A DNA stretch of 64,000 bases from Anaeramoeba ignava BMAN (GCA_028826165.1 JAPDFW010000082.1:248001-312000); one strand, 5' to 3'; counted from the first letter of the stretch, positions 34,354 to 48,717 are shown. Numbers and translations are program-made. Notes: a model not told the origin generated them from the sequence alone.

Positions 34354-36324
34354 TTATTTTTCATTATTTTCATTTTCATTTTCATTTGAATTTTCATTTA
34401 AATTTTCATTTGTGTTTTCATTTGTGTTTTCATTTAAATTTTCATTTGAGTTTTCATTCATTTCAATCTCAATATTTCGAATATCTTCGTTTGAATCTTC
34501 CTTTTCCTTCTCATCTCTTTCTTCAATCAATCTATACAATTCCTTTGTGACTTCCGACTGACGATCAAGAACAAGAAGAAGTCTTGTCAACTTATTCTTA
34601 ATAATTTGATTTTCATCCAAAACGGTTTTTTTGACATTTTTTTCCGTTTTGATTCCTCCAAGTCGTCTCTGCAAATGCTGCTCCAATTTCTCATACTTTT
34701 TCTGATGCTCGGCACGTTCTCGGTCAAGCCTATCTTTAATCTTAGAGATCTGTTCGTTTTTATAATGAAAGGCATCAAACATTGAATCAAAAACTTCTTT
34801 TAAATGATTTCGAATTTTTTCTTGATTTGCCGGATCTTTGACAAGTTCCAATTTTTGTTGAATCAGCTCGATATGTTGGTTCAGAACCTCTTCTGGCTCC
34901 TCTTGGTTCTGTTCTTCAAACCGTTTATCGGCTTCTTGAGTGTCCTCATCTTCCGTTGAATCCGTTGTAGTTCCTGAATGTGTGTCCAATAAAGAAATCA
35001 CTGGCGACGGTTGATGATCCTCTTTTTTTGCAGTTTTTTCTGTTGTTGTTTCGTTTTTTCGTAGTATTAATTGTGCAAATTGTTTGTTGTTTAGTGAGAA
35101 AAGTGTTATCCAAACTGTATAAATGATTTCAGTTTTTTCTTGGTGTGGAAATTTAAAAAACCAAGGTGTTTGATATGTTCCTGAGACAGAACTTTTAAAT
35201 TTGAATTCAATTTAATTTTAATTTTAATTTAATTTAATTTAATATTAATTTTAATTTTAATTTAATTTTAATTTTAATTTTAATTTAATTTTAATTTTAA
35301 TTTTAATTTTAAATTTAATTTAATTTTAATTTAATTTTTAATTTAATTTTTAATTCAATTTTAATTCAATTTTAATTTAATTTAATTTAATTTAATTTTA
35401 ATTCAATTTTAATTTAATTTTGATTTAAATTTTAATTTTAATTTAATTTTAATTTTAATTTAATTTTAATTCAATTTTAATTTAATTTTAATTCAGTTTT
35501 AATTCAATTTTAATTTAATTTTAATTCAATTTTTAATTCAATTTTAATTTAATTTTAATTCAATTTTAATTTAATTTAATTTTAATTCAATTTTAATTCA
35601 ATTTTAATTTTAATTTTAATTTTAATTTTAATCTTAATTCAATTTTAATTCAATTTTAATTTGATTTTTAAATTTAATTTAATTTAATTCAATTTTAATT
35701 TAATTTTAATTTAATTTTAATTTTAATTTTAATTTTAATTTTAATTTTAATTTTGATTTAATTTTAATTTAATATTAATTTTAATTTTAATTTTAATTCA
35801 ATTTTAATTTAATTTTGATTTTAAATTTAATTTAATTTAATTCAATTTTAATTTAATTTTAATTTAATTTTAATTTTAATTTTAATTTTAATTTTAATTT
35901 AATTTTAATTTAATTTTAATTTTAATTTAATTTTAATTTTAATTTTAATTTTAATTTTAATTAAATTTTAATTAAATTTTAATTTAATTTTAATTTTAAT
36001 TTTAATTTTAATTCAATTTTAATTTAAATTTTAAATTTAAATTTGGAAAAAAAACTTTAATATTTTTTTTAAAACAGATAAAACTGCCAAATCTGAGCGT
36101 AATCCTAGATGTGGTTGTTGTGCAGCTGATATCTCTGAGATTCTCTTTCCAATAATTTGTGTATCATTAGGATATCCTGATAATTTAATAAAAGAAGGAT
36201 TTACTTGATTTATAAGCGTTAAATGGTCAATTATAAGAACTGCTTCTTTTGATTCTTGAATTGATTTAAAATATTTTTTATTTCCTTTTTTAGAAATCTT
36301 TTTTGAAACTAAATCGTTTCCCAT
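34354..36324 (-). CDS. PAS-domain plus coiled-coil protein (2 exons, intron ~36056..35192)
   Basis: MGN start; SIQESKEAVLIID...VNPSFIKLSGY...IIGKRISEI is PAS-like; splices in frame to an acidic, coiled-coil exon. Confidence 0.7.
35200..36040 (-). repeat. Intronic (AAAATT/AAATT/AATTG)n array
   Basis: Fills the PAS-gene intron. Confidence 0.9.
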
Positions 36325-36841
36325 TTTTTGCTTTTTGTAGTTTTAATTTGTTTTGTTTTGATAAAGTCTTTTTGAATGAATCAAAATTTTGAATTGTTTT
36401 TATGTTGTTTTTGTTGTTGTTGTTATTTTTATTATTTTTATTATTTTTGTTTGTTTGTTTTTGGTTTATATCAAAATTCAAATAAATTGAAAATAAAAAG
36501 CAAAAATAATTAAAATAAAGAAAGATAAAAAAGATAAAAAAGAAAAAGAGAAAAAATGAAATTTTTTTTTTTTAATAAATTAAAATTAAGAAATAATCCC
36601 CCTTTTTATTTTATTTTAATTTTTATTTTCAATTTAATTATTTTTTAATGAAGAAAAATTTCGAATTTTTAATTAGAATATTGATAAAAAACCAAAAATA
36701 AAACAATAAAAAAAAATTTTTTTTCTCTTTTTTTTTTTCATTTTTTTCTTTTTTCTCATTTTAAACAAAAAAAAATAACGATAAGAATAAATTCAAATTT
36801 TAATTATTATTTTAATTATTATTATAATTATTATTATAATT

Positions 36842-39660
36842 ATGAGTGATAACGAAAAAACATTTGAATCTGTTGAAGAAGAAATTTTATATTGGAAAAA
36901 TCTTTATCAAAGAACAAAACAAGAATTAGAAGATGTTCAAGAAAGTTTTGATGAATATCGAGAAGGTTCAATTGATCTTGAAAAAGAACTTGAACAACAA
37001 AATGAAGAACTTGAAACAAAACTTAGTGAATTAAAAAAAAATTATGAAAATGTCCAAGAACAATTTACAGATTTTAAAGTTTAGTTTCAAATTTAATTAT
37101 AAATTTTGATATAAATTTAATTATAAATTTAATTATAAATTTTGATATAAATTTAATTATAAATTTAATTATAAATTTAATTATAAATTTAATTATAAAT
37201 TTAATTATAAATTTAATTATAAATTTAATTATAAATTTAATTATAAATTTAATTATAAATTTAATTATAAATTTTGATATAAATTTAATTATAAATTTAA
37301 TTATAAATTTAATTATAAATTTAATTATAAATTTAATTATAAATTTAATTATAAATTTAATTATAAATTTAATTATAAATTTAATTATAAATTTAATTAT
37401 AAATTTAATTATAAATTTAATTATAAATTTAATTATAAATTTAATTATAAATTTAATTATAAATTTAATTATAAATTTAATTATAAATTTAATTATAAAT
37501 TTAATTATAAATTTAATTATAAATTTAATTATAAATTTAATTATAAATTTAATTATAAATTTAATTATAAATTTAATTATAAATTTAATTATAAATTTAA
37601 TTATAAATTTAATTATAAATTTAATTATAAATTTAATTATAAATTTAATTATAAATTTAATTATAAATTTAATTATAAATTTAATTATAAATTTAATTAT
37701 AAATTTAATTATAAATTTAATTATAAATTTAATTATAAATTTAATTATAAATTTAATTATAAATTTAATTATAAATTTAATTATAAATTTAATTATAAAT
37801 TTAATTTAAATTTAATTATAAATTTAATTATAAATTTAATTATAAATTTAATTATAAATTTTTAATTATAATTATAAATTTAATTATAAAATTTAATTAT
37901 AAATTTAATTATAAATTTAATTATAAAAATTTAATTATAAATTTAATTATAAATTTAATTATATAAATTTAATTATAAATTTAATTATAAATTTAATTAT
38001 AAATTTAATTATAAATTTAATTATATAAATTTAATTATAAATTTAATTATAAATTTAATTATAAATTTAATTATAAATTTAATTATAAATTTAATTATAA
38101 ATTTAATTATAAATTTAATTATAAATTTAATTATAAATTTAATTATAAATTTAATTATAAATTTTATAAAAATTTAAATTTAATTATAAATTTAATTATA
38201 AATTTAATTATAAATTTAATTATAAATTTAATTATAAATTTAATTATAAATTTAATTATAAATTTAATTATAAATTTAATTATAAATTTAATTATAAATT
38301 TAATTATAAATTTAATTATAAATTTTGATATAAATTTAATTATAAATTTAATTATAAATTTAATTATAAATTTAATTATAAATTTAATTATAAATTTAAT
38401 TATAAATTTAATTATAAATTTAATTATAAATTTAATTATAAATTTAATTATAAATATTTTCTTTCTTCTTTAAAGAGAAAAGCTGCTGAAATGATTCAAG
38501 AAAATAACGAAACTATTTCTACACTTCAATCAAAAAATGAAAATTTATCTACTTCTTATAAAAAAATTGAGAAAAGAAAACGAGAATTAGAACAATTAAA
38601 CGATGAATTAGAACGACGCCACAGGTATTTTCATTTATAAAATTAATATTAAAATTAAAATTCATTTATAAAATTAAAATTAAAATTAAAATTAAAATTA
38701 AAATTAAAATTAAAATTAAATTTAAAATTAAAATCAAAATTAAAATAAAAATCAAAATTAAAATTAAAATTAAAATTAAAATTAAAATTAATATTAAAAA
38801 TTAATAAAAATCAAAATTAAAATTAATTCTCTTTTATTCTAGAGAGATAATGGCATCAAATGATATGCTTACAGGAAAGCTCGAAACAGCATTAGAACAA
38901 CAAATAATGTTACAAACTGAACTTGAAGCAGGAGAATTCCAAAGTCGAGAAAATGTACAAAGATTAAAAGAACAAATTTTAGGTATGAATAAATAAATAA
39001 TAATAAAAAAGAAAAAAAACCAGAAACAAAGATTAAGATGAAAAAATATGAATGATAAAAATTGTTCAAAAATCTTATTCTTTATCCTCAAAAATGACAG
39101 ATCTTAAAAATGAAATCCAAGCAGCAAAAGTAAAAGGCGAAAAAACAAAAGAAAATGAAAAAGCAAGAATTGAAAAAAAAGAAGATAAAAGCACAAATGA
39201 AACGAATGAAATAAGTATTGAAAATCATATCACAAAGAATGACAATCCATCATTACCAGAAAAACAAGAAACAAATTCAATTCAAAATTCAATTCAAAAT
39301 CCAATTCAAAATCCAATTCAAAATTCAATTCAAAATTCAATTCAAAATTCAATTCAAAATTCAATTCAAAATTCAATTCAAAATTCAAATCAAAATTCAA
39401 TTCAAAATTCAATTCAAAATTCAAATCAAAATTCAATTCAAAATAATCCTAATTCAGATGATGTTTCTAAATCTAGTACTGAATTGATTCTTGTTATCAA
39501 AGAGGTTGTTCATGTGAGTTTTTTATTCATAAAAATGTTTTGCTAATTCAGTTTTTAAATCATTCATTCATTTTATTATACAAATATTATTTTTCAGGAA
39601 ATCGAAAACAAAACAAATATGTTAAAAAAGTACTTCCGAAAAGTTACGCAAGAGAATTAA
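36842..39660 (+). CDS. NDE1: NudE/NDEL1-like dynein regulator (5 exons)
   Basis: FESVEEEILYWK...ELEDVQESFDEYREGSIDLEKELE, RELEQLNDELER, KLETALEQQIMLQTEL, VQRLKEQILDLKNEI. Confidence 0.85.
37085..38456. repeat. Highly homogeneous intronic 12-bp satellite (TTAATTATAAAT)n
   Basis: About 1.37 kb, nearly perfect, inside NudE intron 1 (37079..38475). Confidence 0.95.
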
Positions 39661-39850
39661 AATAAGAAGATGATTTTCAGTTATTTTCTTTTCTTTTTCT
39701 TTTCTTTTCTTTAAAGATTGAAAGAATGTTCCACTTTTTTTTTTCGTTTTTTTTTCTTTTAAATTTGTTGTAATAAAATTTAAAATTCAAAAATTTTTTT
39801 TTCATTTTTTTTTTCATTTTTTTCATTTTAAAATTTTATATAAAAAAAAA

Positions 39851-42800
39851 ATGAATCCAAGAAAACAAAAAGGAAAGAAAAATACAACAAATAAAAAAAA
39901 GGGAGTTGGTAGAGCAATTTTAAATAAAAAATATGGAAAACAACAACAAAACAAAAAACAAAACAAAAAAGAAATTGCAAAAGTAAATAAAATTGAAAAA
40001 ATAAATTGAAAAAATAAATTGAAAAAAATAAATTGAAAAAATTAAATTGAAAAATAAATTGAAAAATTAAAAAGAAAAATATTGAAATTGCTGATCAAAA
40101 TCGAAGAAAAGAACCAACTTTAGTTTCTAAAACTGAAACTTCACAACTTGAAGAATTTTTAGAAACTGCATTAACTGCTGATAAACAATTTATGACAACT
40201 GAATATAATGTAAAAATTATTGATGCAAGTAATTATAGTTCATTTTATGAATCAGAAATTAGAGTGACGAAAGAACAACAAGAATTGCAAAAAAAGCATG
40301 AACCTGACTTAAAAATTCCACGCAGGTAGTTTCAAAATAGCATTTAAAATATCAAAAAAATGTTTAATTTGTTATTTTTAAATTTTTTCTTTTAAATTAT
40401 TTTTAAATTATTTCTTTTTTGAATTTTATTTAGACCTAAATGGACTTATTCAACAACTCCAACAGAACTTGAAAAAATAGAACAAGAAACCTTTTTAGAA
40501 TGGCGAAGAAATATTGCAAATTGTTTTTAAAATTAAAGTCTAAAATTAAAATTAATAATAAAATCAAAATCAAAATTAAAATTAAAATTAATATTAAAAT
40601 TAAAATTAAAATTAAAATTAAAATTAAAATTAAAATTAAAATTAAAATTAAAATTAAAATTAAAATTAAAATTAAAATTAAAATTTATTAAAATTAAAAT
40701 TAAAATTAAAATTAAAATTAAAATTAAAATTAAAATTAAAATCAAAATTATTAAAATCAAAATTAAAAATTAAAATTAAAATTAATTAAAATTAAATTAA
40801 AAATTAAAATTAAAATTAAAATTAAAATTAAAATTAAAATTAAAATTAAAATTAAAATTAAAATTAAAATTAAAATTAAAATTAAAATTAAAATTAAAAT
40901 TAAAATTAAAATTAAAATTAAAATTAAAATTAAAATTAAAATTAAAATTAAAATTATTAAAATTAAAATTAAAATTAAAATTAATATTAAAATTAATATT
41001 AAAATTAAAATTAATATTAAAATTAAAATTAAAATTAAAATTAATATTAAAATTAAAATTAAAATTAATATTAAAATTAAAATTAAACTTAGACTTGAAG
41101 AAAATGAACTTCTTGTTCTTTCTCCTTTTGAAAAAAATCTTGAAATTTGGAGACAACTTTGGAGAGTTTTGGAAAGAAGTCAGATCATTTTACAAATTGT
41201 TGATGCAAGAAATCCCCTTCTTTTTAGATCTAAAGATCTTGAGAATTATGCAAAAGAAATAGATCCAAATAAAAAAAATATTCTTCTTCTAAATAAAGCA
41301 GATTTAGTTCCTCTTAGATATCGTAAATTATGGGCAAAATATTTTATTGAAAAAGGAATAGATTTTATTTTTTTTTCAGCAGCTGAAGATATGAAATTAG
41401 GAGATATTATTCAAAATCAATTTAGTGAAAATGGAAATGAAAATCAAAATCAAAATGAAAATGAAAATCAAAATGAAAATGAAAATCAAAATCAAAATCA
41501 AAATCAAAATCAAAATCAAAATCAAAATCAAATTGAAAATCAAATTGAAAATCAAAATCAAAATCAAAATGAAAATGAAAATCAAATTGAAAATCAAAAT
41601 CAAAATCAAATTGAAAATCAAATTGAAAACCAAATTGAAAATCAAATTGAAAATCAAATTGAAAACCAAATTCAAAATCAAATTGAAAATCAAAATCAAA
41701 TTGAAAATCAAATTGAAAATCAAAATGAAAATGAAAATCAAATTGAAAATGAAAATCAAAATCAAATTGAAAATGAAAATAAAATTGAAAATAAAAATCA
41801 AATTGAAAATGAAAATCAAATTGAAAATCAAAATCAAAATGAAAATCAAATTGAAAATCAAAATCAAATTCAAAATCAAATTCAAAATCAAATTGAAAAT
41901 CAAATTGAAAATAAAAATGAAAATGAAAATCAAATTGAAAATAAAAATGAAAATGAAAATCAAATTGAAAATAAAAATGAAAATCAAATTGAAAATGAAA
42001 ATCAAATTGAAAATCAAAATCAAATTGAAAATGAAAATCAAAATCAAATTGAAAATCAAATTGAAAATCAAAATCAAAATCAAAAAGGAAAAGAAATCAA
42101 TCAATGTGAGATTTTTAGTACAAAAGATCTTATTCAAACACTAGAAAAATTAGGAGAAGAATTTGGATTTTTGAAAGATAGAGAAAGAGTAGTTATTGGG
42201 ATGGTTGGATATCCAAATGTAGGAAAAAGCTCAACAGTAAACATACTACGGGGAATGAAAAAAGTAGCAGTAAGTTCAACACCTGGAAAAACGAAACATT
42301 TACAGACAATAGATATAGGAGAAAAAGTGACACTTTGTGATTGTCCAGGGTTAGTACTTCCAAGTTTTGTGGGAAGTAAACACGAATTTTTATGTAATGG
42401 AATCCTCTCAATTGATCAACTGAGAGATTTTCGCGGTCCAATAACTTATATTTGCTCAAAAATACCAAGAGAAGCATTTGAAATGCTTTATGGAATCAAA
42501 CTTCCCCCTCATAGACTTGGTGAAACTCGAAAAGATCATGTTAAACCATCAGATCTTCTTCAAGCATATTCAAAAATGCGCAGTTGGATGTCAAAAGCTG
42601 GTATTCCTGATCAGTCAAGAGCTGCTCGAGTGATTTTGAAGGATTTTGTTTCAGGAAAATTACTTTATTGTCATCTTCCATTAAACTCAAATCAAAATGA
42701 AAATCAAAATCAAAATTTAAATCAAAATTTAAATCAAAATTTAAATCAAAATCAAAAATCAAATCAAAATCAAAAATCAAATCAAAAATCAAATCAAAAA

Positions 42801-43109
42801 TCAAATCAAAATCAAAAATCAAATCAAAAATCAAATCAAAATGAAATTGAAATTCAACCTTGTATCGAATTAATTCATAAATTAAAACCTTCTACTCAGA
42901 AATCTCATTCAAATAAAACTAAAAAAATTTCTCAAGAAAAAAATTTAAGAAATGAAAAAATTAAACAAGAATTTCAAGATTATACTTTTTTCGAAAACCA
43001 AAAAAATGTTGAAGCAGTGACTAAAGGGAAAGAACAAGTTTATGGTTTTCGTCGTCTTCAACCAAAGCATGATATTTCAAAAGAAATTCCTTCGAAATCA
43101 CGCAAATAA
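39851..43109 (+). CDS. LSG1: Large subunit GTPase 1 (circularly permuted YlqF family), 4 exons, with long NQ/ENQI insertion
   Basis: LKIPRRPKW, FLEWRR, PFEKNLEIWRQLWRVLERS, IVDARNP, NKAD, GYPNVGKSS, TPGKTKH, DCPG. Confidence 0.93.
41435..42085 (+). repeat. Coding (AATCAA/AATGAA/ATTGAA)n array encoding roughly 215 aa of N/Q/E/I inside LSG1
   Basis: In frame with no stops between the G5 region and G1. Confidence 0.85.
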
Positions 43110-43758
43110 TCAAATTCTTTTTTTTTTAGATTCACAAATTTATTTTCTTTCCTTATTCATTTCATTCAATTTAAAAAGAAAAACAAATTAAAATACTTTT
43201 ATTTTTTTTTTAGAAATAAAATCTTTTGAAAATAAATTAGTGAAAAACAAATTTATTAAAAATTTTGATTAATTTTCTTTCTTAATTAAGAAAGAAAGAA
43301 ACTAAAGTAAAAAAAAAAGAAATGAATAAATTGGATTTTTTTTTTCAACTATTTTTCGTTCAAATCCAATTTTTCATTTTCATTTAAATTTTGATTTTGA
43401 TTTTGAATTTGATTTTGATTTCCAATTTGATTTTGATTTTGATTTTGATTTAAATTTTAATTTTAATTTTAATTTTGATTTTGAATTTTGATTTTCATTT
43501 TGATTTGATTTTGAATTTGAATTTAATTTTGAATTTGAATTTTGAATTTGATTTTGATTTTGATTTTGATTTTGAATTTGATTTTGATTTTGATTTTGAT
43601 TTTGATTTTAATTTTAATTTTGAATTTGATTTTGATTTTAATTTTAATTTTGATTTTGATTTAAATTTTGATTTAAATTTTGATTTTAAATTTGAATTTG
43701 AATTTTGGTTTTGATTTTGATTTTGATTTAAATTTTGATTTTGATTTTGATTTTGATT

Positions 43759-46700
43759 TTAATTTTGATTTGTATTTTCATTGTTTTTGTTTTTGTTTTG
43801 TTTTTGATTTTCATCAATAAAACTATTTGGATCTGAATCTGTGGAAGAAATCTATTGTTTTTTTTTTTAATTAATAAAAAAAAATCAATTTTCTAAATTT
43901 AAAAGAAGAAAAATATTGAATCCAAACTTTAGGTAAATATTGTTCATCTTTTTTTTTTGATTTCACAGTATTTTGTTTATTAAAATCATCTGCATCAGAA
44001 AAAGAATAAGAATCAGAATCACTTTGACTAAAACTGAGTTGGTCTGAACCTAAAAATTGGGATAAATGTTTTTGGATCAAATCCGGATTTTTTGAAATTT
44101 CTTCATCAGAGAAAATATGTTCCAATTCAGAATCACTTGGCAAATCTTTAATTTCTTGTTTTGGAAATTCTTGACCTGTTTGGATTTCAATTCCAGCTTT
44201 TTCAATTTTATCATCCATAATAAATTTTTTGAGTTGATGTCTTGCTTCCAAATGTTTTGGTCTTCTTTGTTTTTCAGCTCTAATATATGAAGCCTCAATA
44301 ATTGTGATAAAAATATTCAACCAAACATACATAAATATGCATATAAATGTATAAACATAAATTCTTGCAACAACAGCTAGTAATCCACTTTTACGATATG
44401 TTCTATTGAATGTATCCCGAATAACATCTCCGTTTAAAACTGCAAATAATGTTAAAAAAGATTGATCGATTGTGGCGAAATATTGTGAATAGTTTCCAAA
44501 TAATATTGTTCCCATAACTATTTTTAAATTCAATTCAATTCAATATTTAATATTCAATCCAATATTCAATTTAAATAAATACTTAATATTTAATTTTCAA
44601 TTTAATTAAATATTTAATATTTAATTTAATATTTAATATTTAGTATTCAATTCAATTCAATTCAATTCAATTTAAATAAATATTCAATTCAATATTCAAT
44701 ATTTAATATTCAATTCAATTTAAATAAATATTTAATATTCAATTTATTAAATATTTAATATTTAATTTAATATTCAATTAATTCAATATTCAATATTCAA
44801 TTTAAATAAATATTGAATTCAATATTCAATATTCAATTTAAATAAATATTCAATTCAATATTCAATATTTAATATTTAATTTAAATAAATATTTAGTATT
44901 CAATTTAAATAAATATTTAATTTAAACTAATATTCAATTTAAATAAATATTTAATATTTAATTTAATATTCAATTTAAATAGATATTCAATTCAATTAAA
45001 TATTTAATATTTAATATTTAATATTCAATTTAAATAAATATTTAATATTCAATTTAATTAAATATTTAATATTTAATTTAATATTCAATTTAAATTAAAT
45101 ATTTAATATTTAATTTAATATTCAATTTAATTTAATATTTAATATTCAAATATTTAATATTCAATTTAATATTTAATTTAATATTCAATTTAATTAAATA
45201 TTTAATATTTAATTTAATATTTAATTTAAATAAATATTTAATTTAAATAAATATTTAATTTAAAATAAATATTTAATATTCAATTCAATTCAATTCAATT
45301 CAATATTTAATTTAAATAAATATTTAATATTTAATTCAATATTCAATTTAAATAAATATTTAATATTTAATTCAATATTCAATTTAAATAAATATTTAAT
45401 ATTTAATTCAATATTCAATTTAAATAAATATTTAATATTTAATTCAATATTCAATTTAAATAAATATTTAATATTCAATTTAAATAAATATTTAATATTT
45501 AATTCAATATTCAATTTAAATAAATATTTAATATTTAATTCAATATTCAATTTAAATAAATATTCAATTTAATTAAATATTTAATATTTCAAAATGTTTT
45601 TGTTGTTTTTACATGCATAACCCATAAATATTGGAAATGTTCCAAGTAAATGCCTAAGTACATGTGGTATTGCTTGCCTAAGTGTAAGAATCATGAAATA
45701 AAATTTTGGACTCCATTGGAAATATCTTATTTTTTAAAGAAAGTTAAAATATTAAATATTTTGAATTTTGAATTTTGAATTTTGAATTTTGAATTTTAAT
45801 TGATTTACCCAGTCATACTTCCTAAAGTTAATAAACATGCAATCCCAAGAAATATATTATCAGTATAACTCGATTGCTCATTTCCACCAGCATATCTTAA
45901 AAGAAAATAAATTTCTGAAGCAATATTAACCAAACTACTCAACATTGAAAAAACATGCCAAAAATCAAAAAAAGCCAATCGAAATTCACTTTTATTTCTG
46001 AAAAATGTATTATTTGGTTCTGATGATAATTGTGATTTTGAGGAATTTTTCACACTTTCTTCATAAAAGAATTTTGTTTGCTAAGAAAAAAAAACATTTT
46101 TTTTATAAATAAATATTCTAAATAAATTCCCTTATAATTTTTTTTTAAAAGAATTTTTTCAAAGGTTTACTTTATATAATTTGTATTCATGAATAACTGT
46201 TCGAAGTGTTAAAATCACATTTAATGCAGAAAAAACAATAATAAAAAATCCAATTAAAACGATTGATGTTTTGAATTGTATTCTCATTGGCACTAAAATA
46301 AATATAAATAAGGGAGAGAAGTTTTGAATTTGAATTTGAATTTGAATTTGAATTTTGAATTTGAATTTTGAATTTGATTTTAATTTTGATTTTAATTTTA
46401 ATTTTAATTTTGATTTTGATTTTGATTTTTAATTTGATTTTCATTTTGATTTTGATTTTGATTTTGATTTTCATATTGATTTAGATTTAGATTTTGATTT
46501 TGATTTTGAATTTGATATTGATTTTGAATTTGATTTTGATTTTGATTTTGAATTTCGATTTTGATTTTGATTTTGATTTTGATTTTGATTTTGATTTTGA
46601 TTTTGAATTTCGATTTTGATTTTGATTTTGATTTTGATTTTGAATTTGAATTTTGAATTTGAATTTGATTTTGATTTTGATTTAAATTTTGATTTTGATT

Positions 46701-48717
46701 TTGATTTTGATTTTGAATTTGATTTTCATTTTGATTTAGATTTTGATTTAAATTTTGATTTTGATTTTGATTTTGATTTTGAATTTGAATTTGAATTTGA
46801 TTTTGAATTTGATTTTCATTTTGAATTTGATTTCGATTTTGATTTAGATTTAAATTTTGATTTTGATTTTGATTTTCATATTGATTTAGATTTTGATTTT
46901 CATTTTGATTTAGATTTAGATTTTGATTTTGATATTGATTTTTATACTATTAAAAGAACTAGAACATTGGCCAATAATAGGTTCAAGAGTGACATAAATA
47001 ACTCCACCACGTGAAATATAATTAAAACTTGTCTAAATTTTAATAAAATAAAATAAAATAAAGATTTTAGAAAGATAACAAAACAGCATTAAAATAGTAT
47101 CCAAATATACTTTAACTTCCCAAGAAGTACAAACAGGAGGATTTGCAGGAAATAACTCCATAATATAAAAAGATAAATAAGCAGAATGAAAAGTAGACAT
47201 AAAATCCATCATTTCTGAATTACTTTTATTAGCAAAAGGACCAATAGGATTTGATTCGCAAAGAATGTATTTTTCTGTATTTATTAAAAAATGATTAAAT
47301 AATTATTTCTTGATGAGAAACACTTTATATTAGCAATCCCTTTTTATATAATACCTTCTGTTGTTTCAAGATTTCTTCTTCCTAAAGTTGATATATCATT
47401 AAATTTGGATTTGGAATATTGGCTAATTGTTAATGTTGGACACTTGATACTTCCGTTATAATTTCGTGGAAAACTTTTTTTGAATTTGATTTTGATTTTG
47501 AATTTGATTTTGATTTTAATTTTGAATTTGATTTTCATTTTGATTTTGATTTTGATTTTGATTTTGATTTTGATTTTGATTTTGATTTTGATTTTGATTT
47601 TGATTTTGATTTTGATTTTAAATTTTGATTTTGATTTTGATTTTGATTTTCATTTTTAATTTGATTTTTAAATTTTGATTTTGATTTTGATTTTGATTTT
47701 GAATTTTAATTTTGATTTTGATTTTGATTTTGATTTTGATTTTGAATTTGATTTTGATTTTGATTTTGATTTTGATTTTGATTTTGATTTTAATTTTGAT
47801 TTTGATTTTGAATTTGATTTTGAATTTGATTTTGAATTTGAATTTGATTTTGATTTTGAATTTGAATTTTGATTTTGAATTTGATTTTGATTTTGAATTT
47901 GATTTTGATTTTGATTTTGATTTTGATTTTGATTTTGATTTTGATTTTGAATTTTGAATTTGATTTTGATTTTGATTTTGATTTTGATATTGATTTTGAA
48001 TTTGATTTTGAATTTGATTTTGATTTTGATTTTGATTTTAATTTTGATTTTAATTTTGATTTTCATTTTGATTTTGATTTTGAATTTGATTTTGATTTTG
48101 ATTTTGATTTTGAATTTGGATTTGATTTTGAATTTGAATTTATAAATGAATTTATAAATGAATTTGATTTTGATTTAATTACTCAAAAAATCCCACAACA
48201 GTTGAATTGAATGTAAAATATTGCTCAACAATATCACCAATAAGTTGAATAAAATCATGGGAACTAGTCACAGTAAATTCAAGTTCACCATCCATTGTAT
48301 CGAAATAAGAACTATAACCTGGTAGAAAAACTTCTGCTAACATTGATTCTGTATTTGATATAAAGGGTATTTGATGTTTTGTTCTGTAAATAACCTATTG
48401 AGTAAAAATTAGTCATTAAATTAAATACAAAATAATGAATATAGAAAGTTTTTATATGCTGATGAATATATTGTTTTTTTTTGTTTTGGATATTTTTTTG
48501 ATTGATTGATTTTTTGTTATTTTTTTTTGGAAATTAATTCAATTTTAACTTGTGCTGTTAAAAGTGCAAATATTGTAACTCTAAATAGAAATTTATACGG
48601 TATTCTGTGATATTTTATTAATTTTGCCCATGGACTTAATGTTAGGTAATCTTTTGGTGGAATTGGTTTCAATTTAAAACCACAAAATGTTGTTGTTTTT
48701 TCTTGATTTGTTGTCAT
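43759..48717 (-). CDS. MCOLN: Mucolipin (TRPML) cation channel, 10 exons
   Basis: LSPWAKLIKYHRIPYKF...LLTAQ, FFDFWHVF, YFQWSPKFYFMILTLRQAIPHV, pore LFAVLNGDVIRDTF, YVWLNIFITIIEASY; the 3' end is approximate. Confidence 0.9.
44530..45590. repeat. Intronic AATATTT/AATTC mixed satellite
   Basis: Fills a mucolipin intron; two further mucolipin introns (~46320-46945, ~47480-48180) are (AAAATC)n on the sense strand. Confidence 0.85.

Noticed and set aside
30440-38456. Long tandem arrays as possible CRISPR arrays or telomeres
   Set aside because: There are no unique spacers, the arrays are nearly G-free, and they lie inside spliceosomal introns of eukaryotic genes
40520-41095. U12-type AT-AC interpretation of the anomalous LSG1 intron
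   Set aside because: It lacks the ATATCCTT donor and TCCTTAAC branch consensus, and the resulting protein is one residue too long or too short for the family alignment
1119-48717. Apparent lysosomal gene cluster (NAGPA, Raptor, carboxypeptidase, AP-1 mu, mucolipin)
   Set aside because: The genes are interspersed with unrelated ones and share no specific element; chance co-location is sufficient
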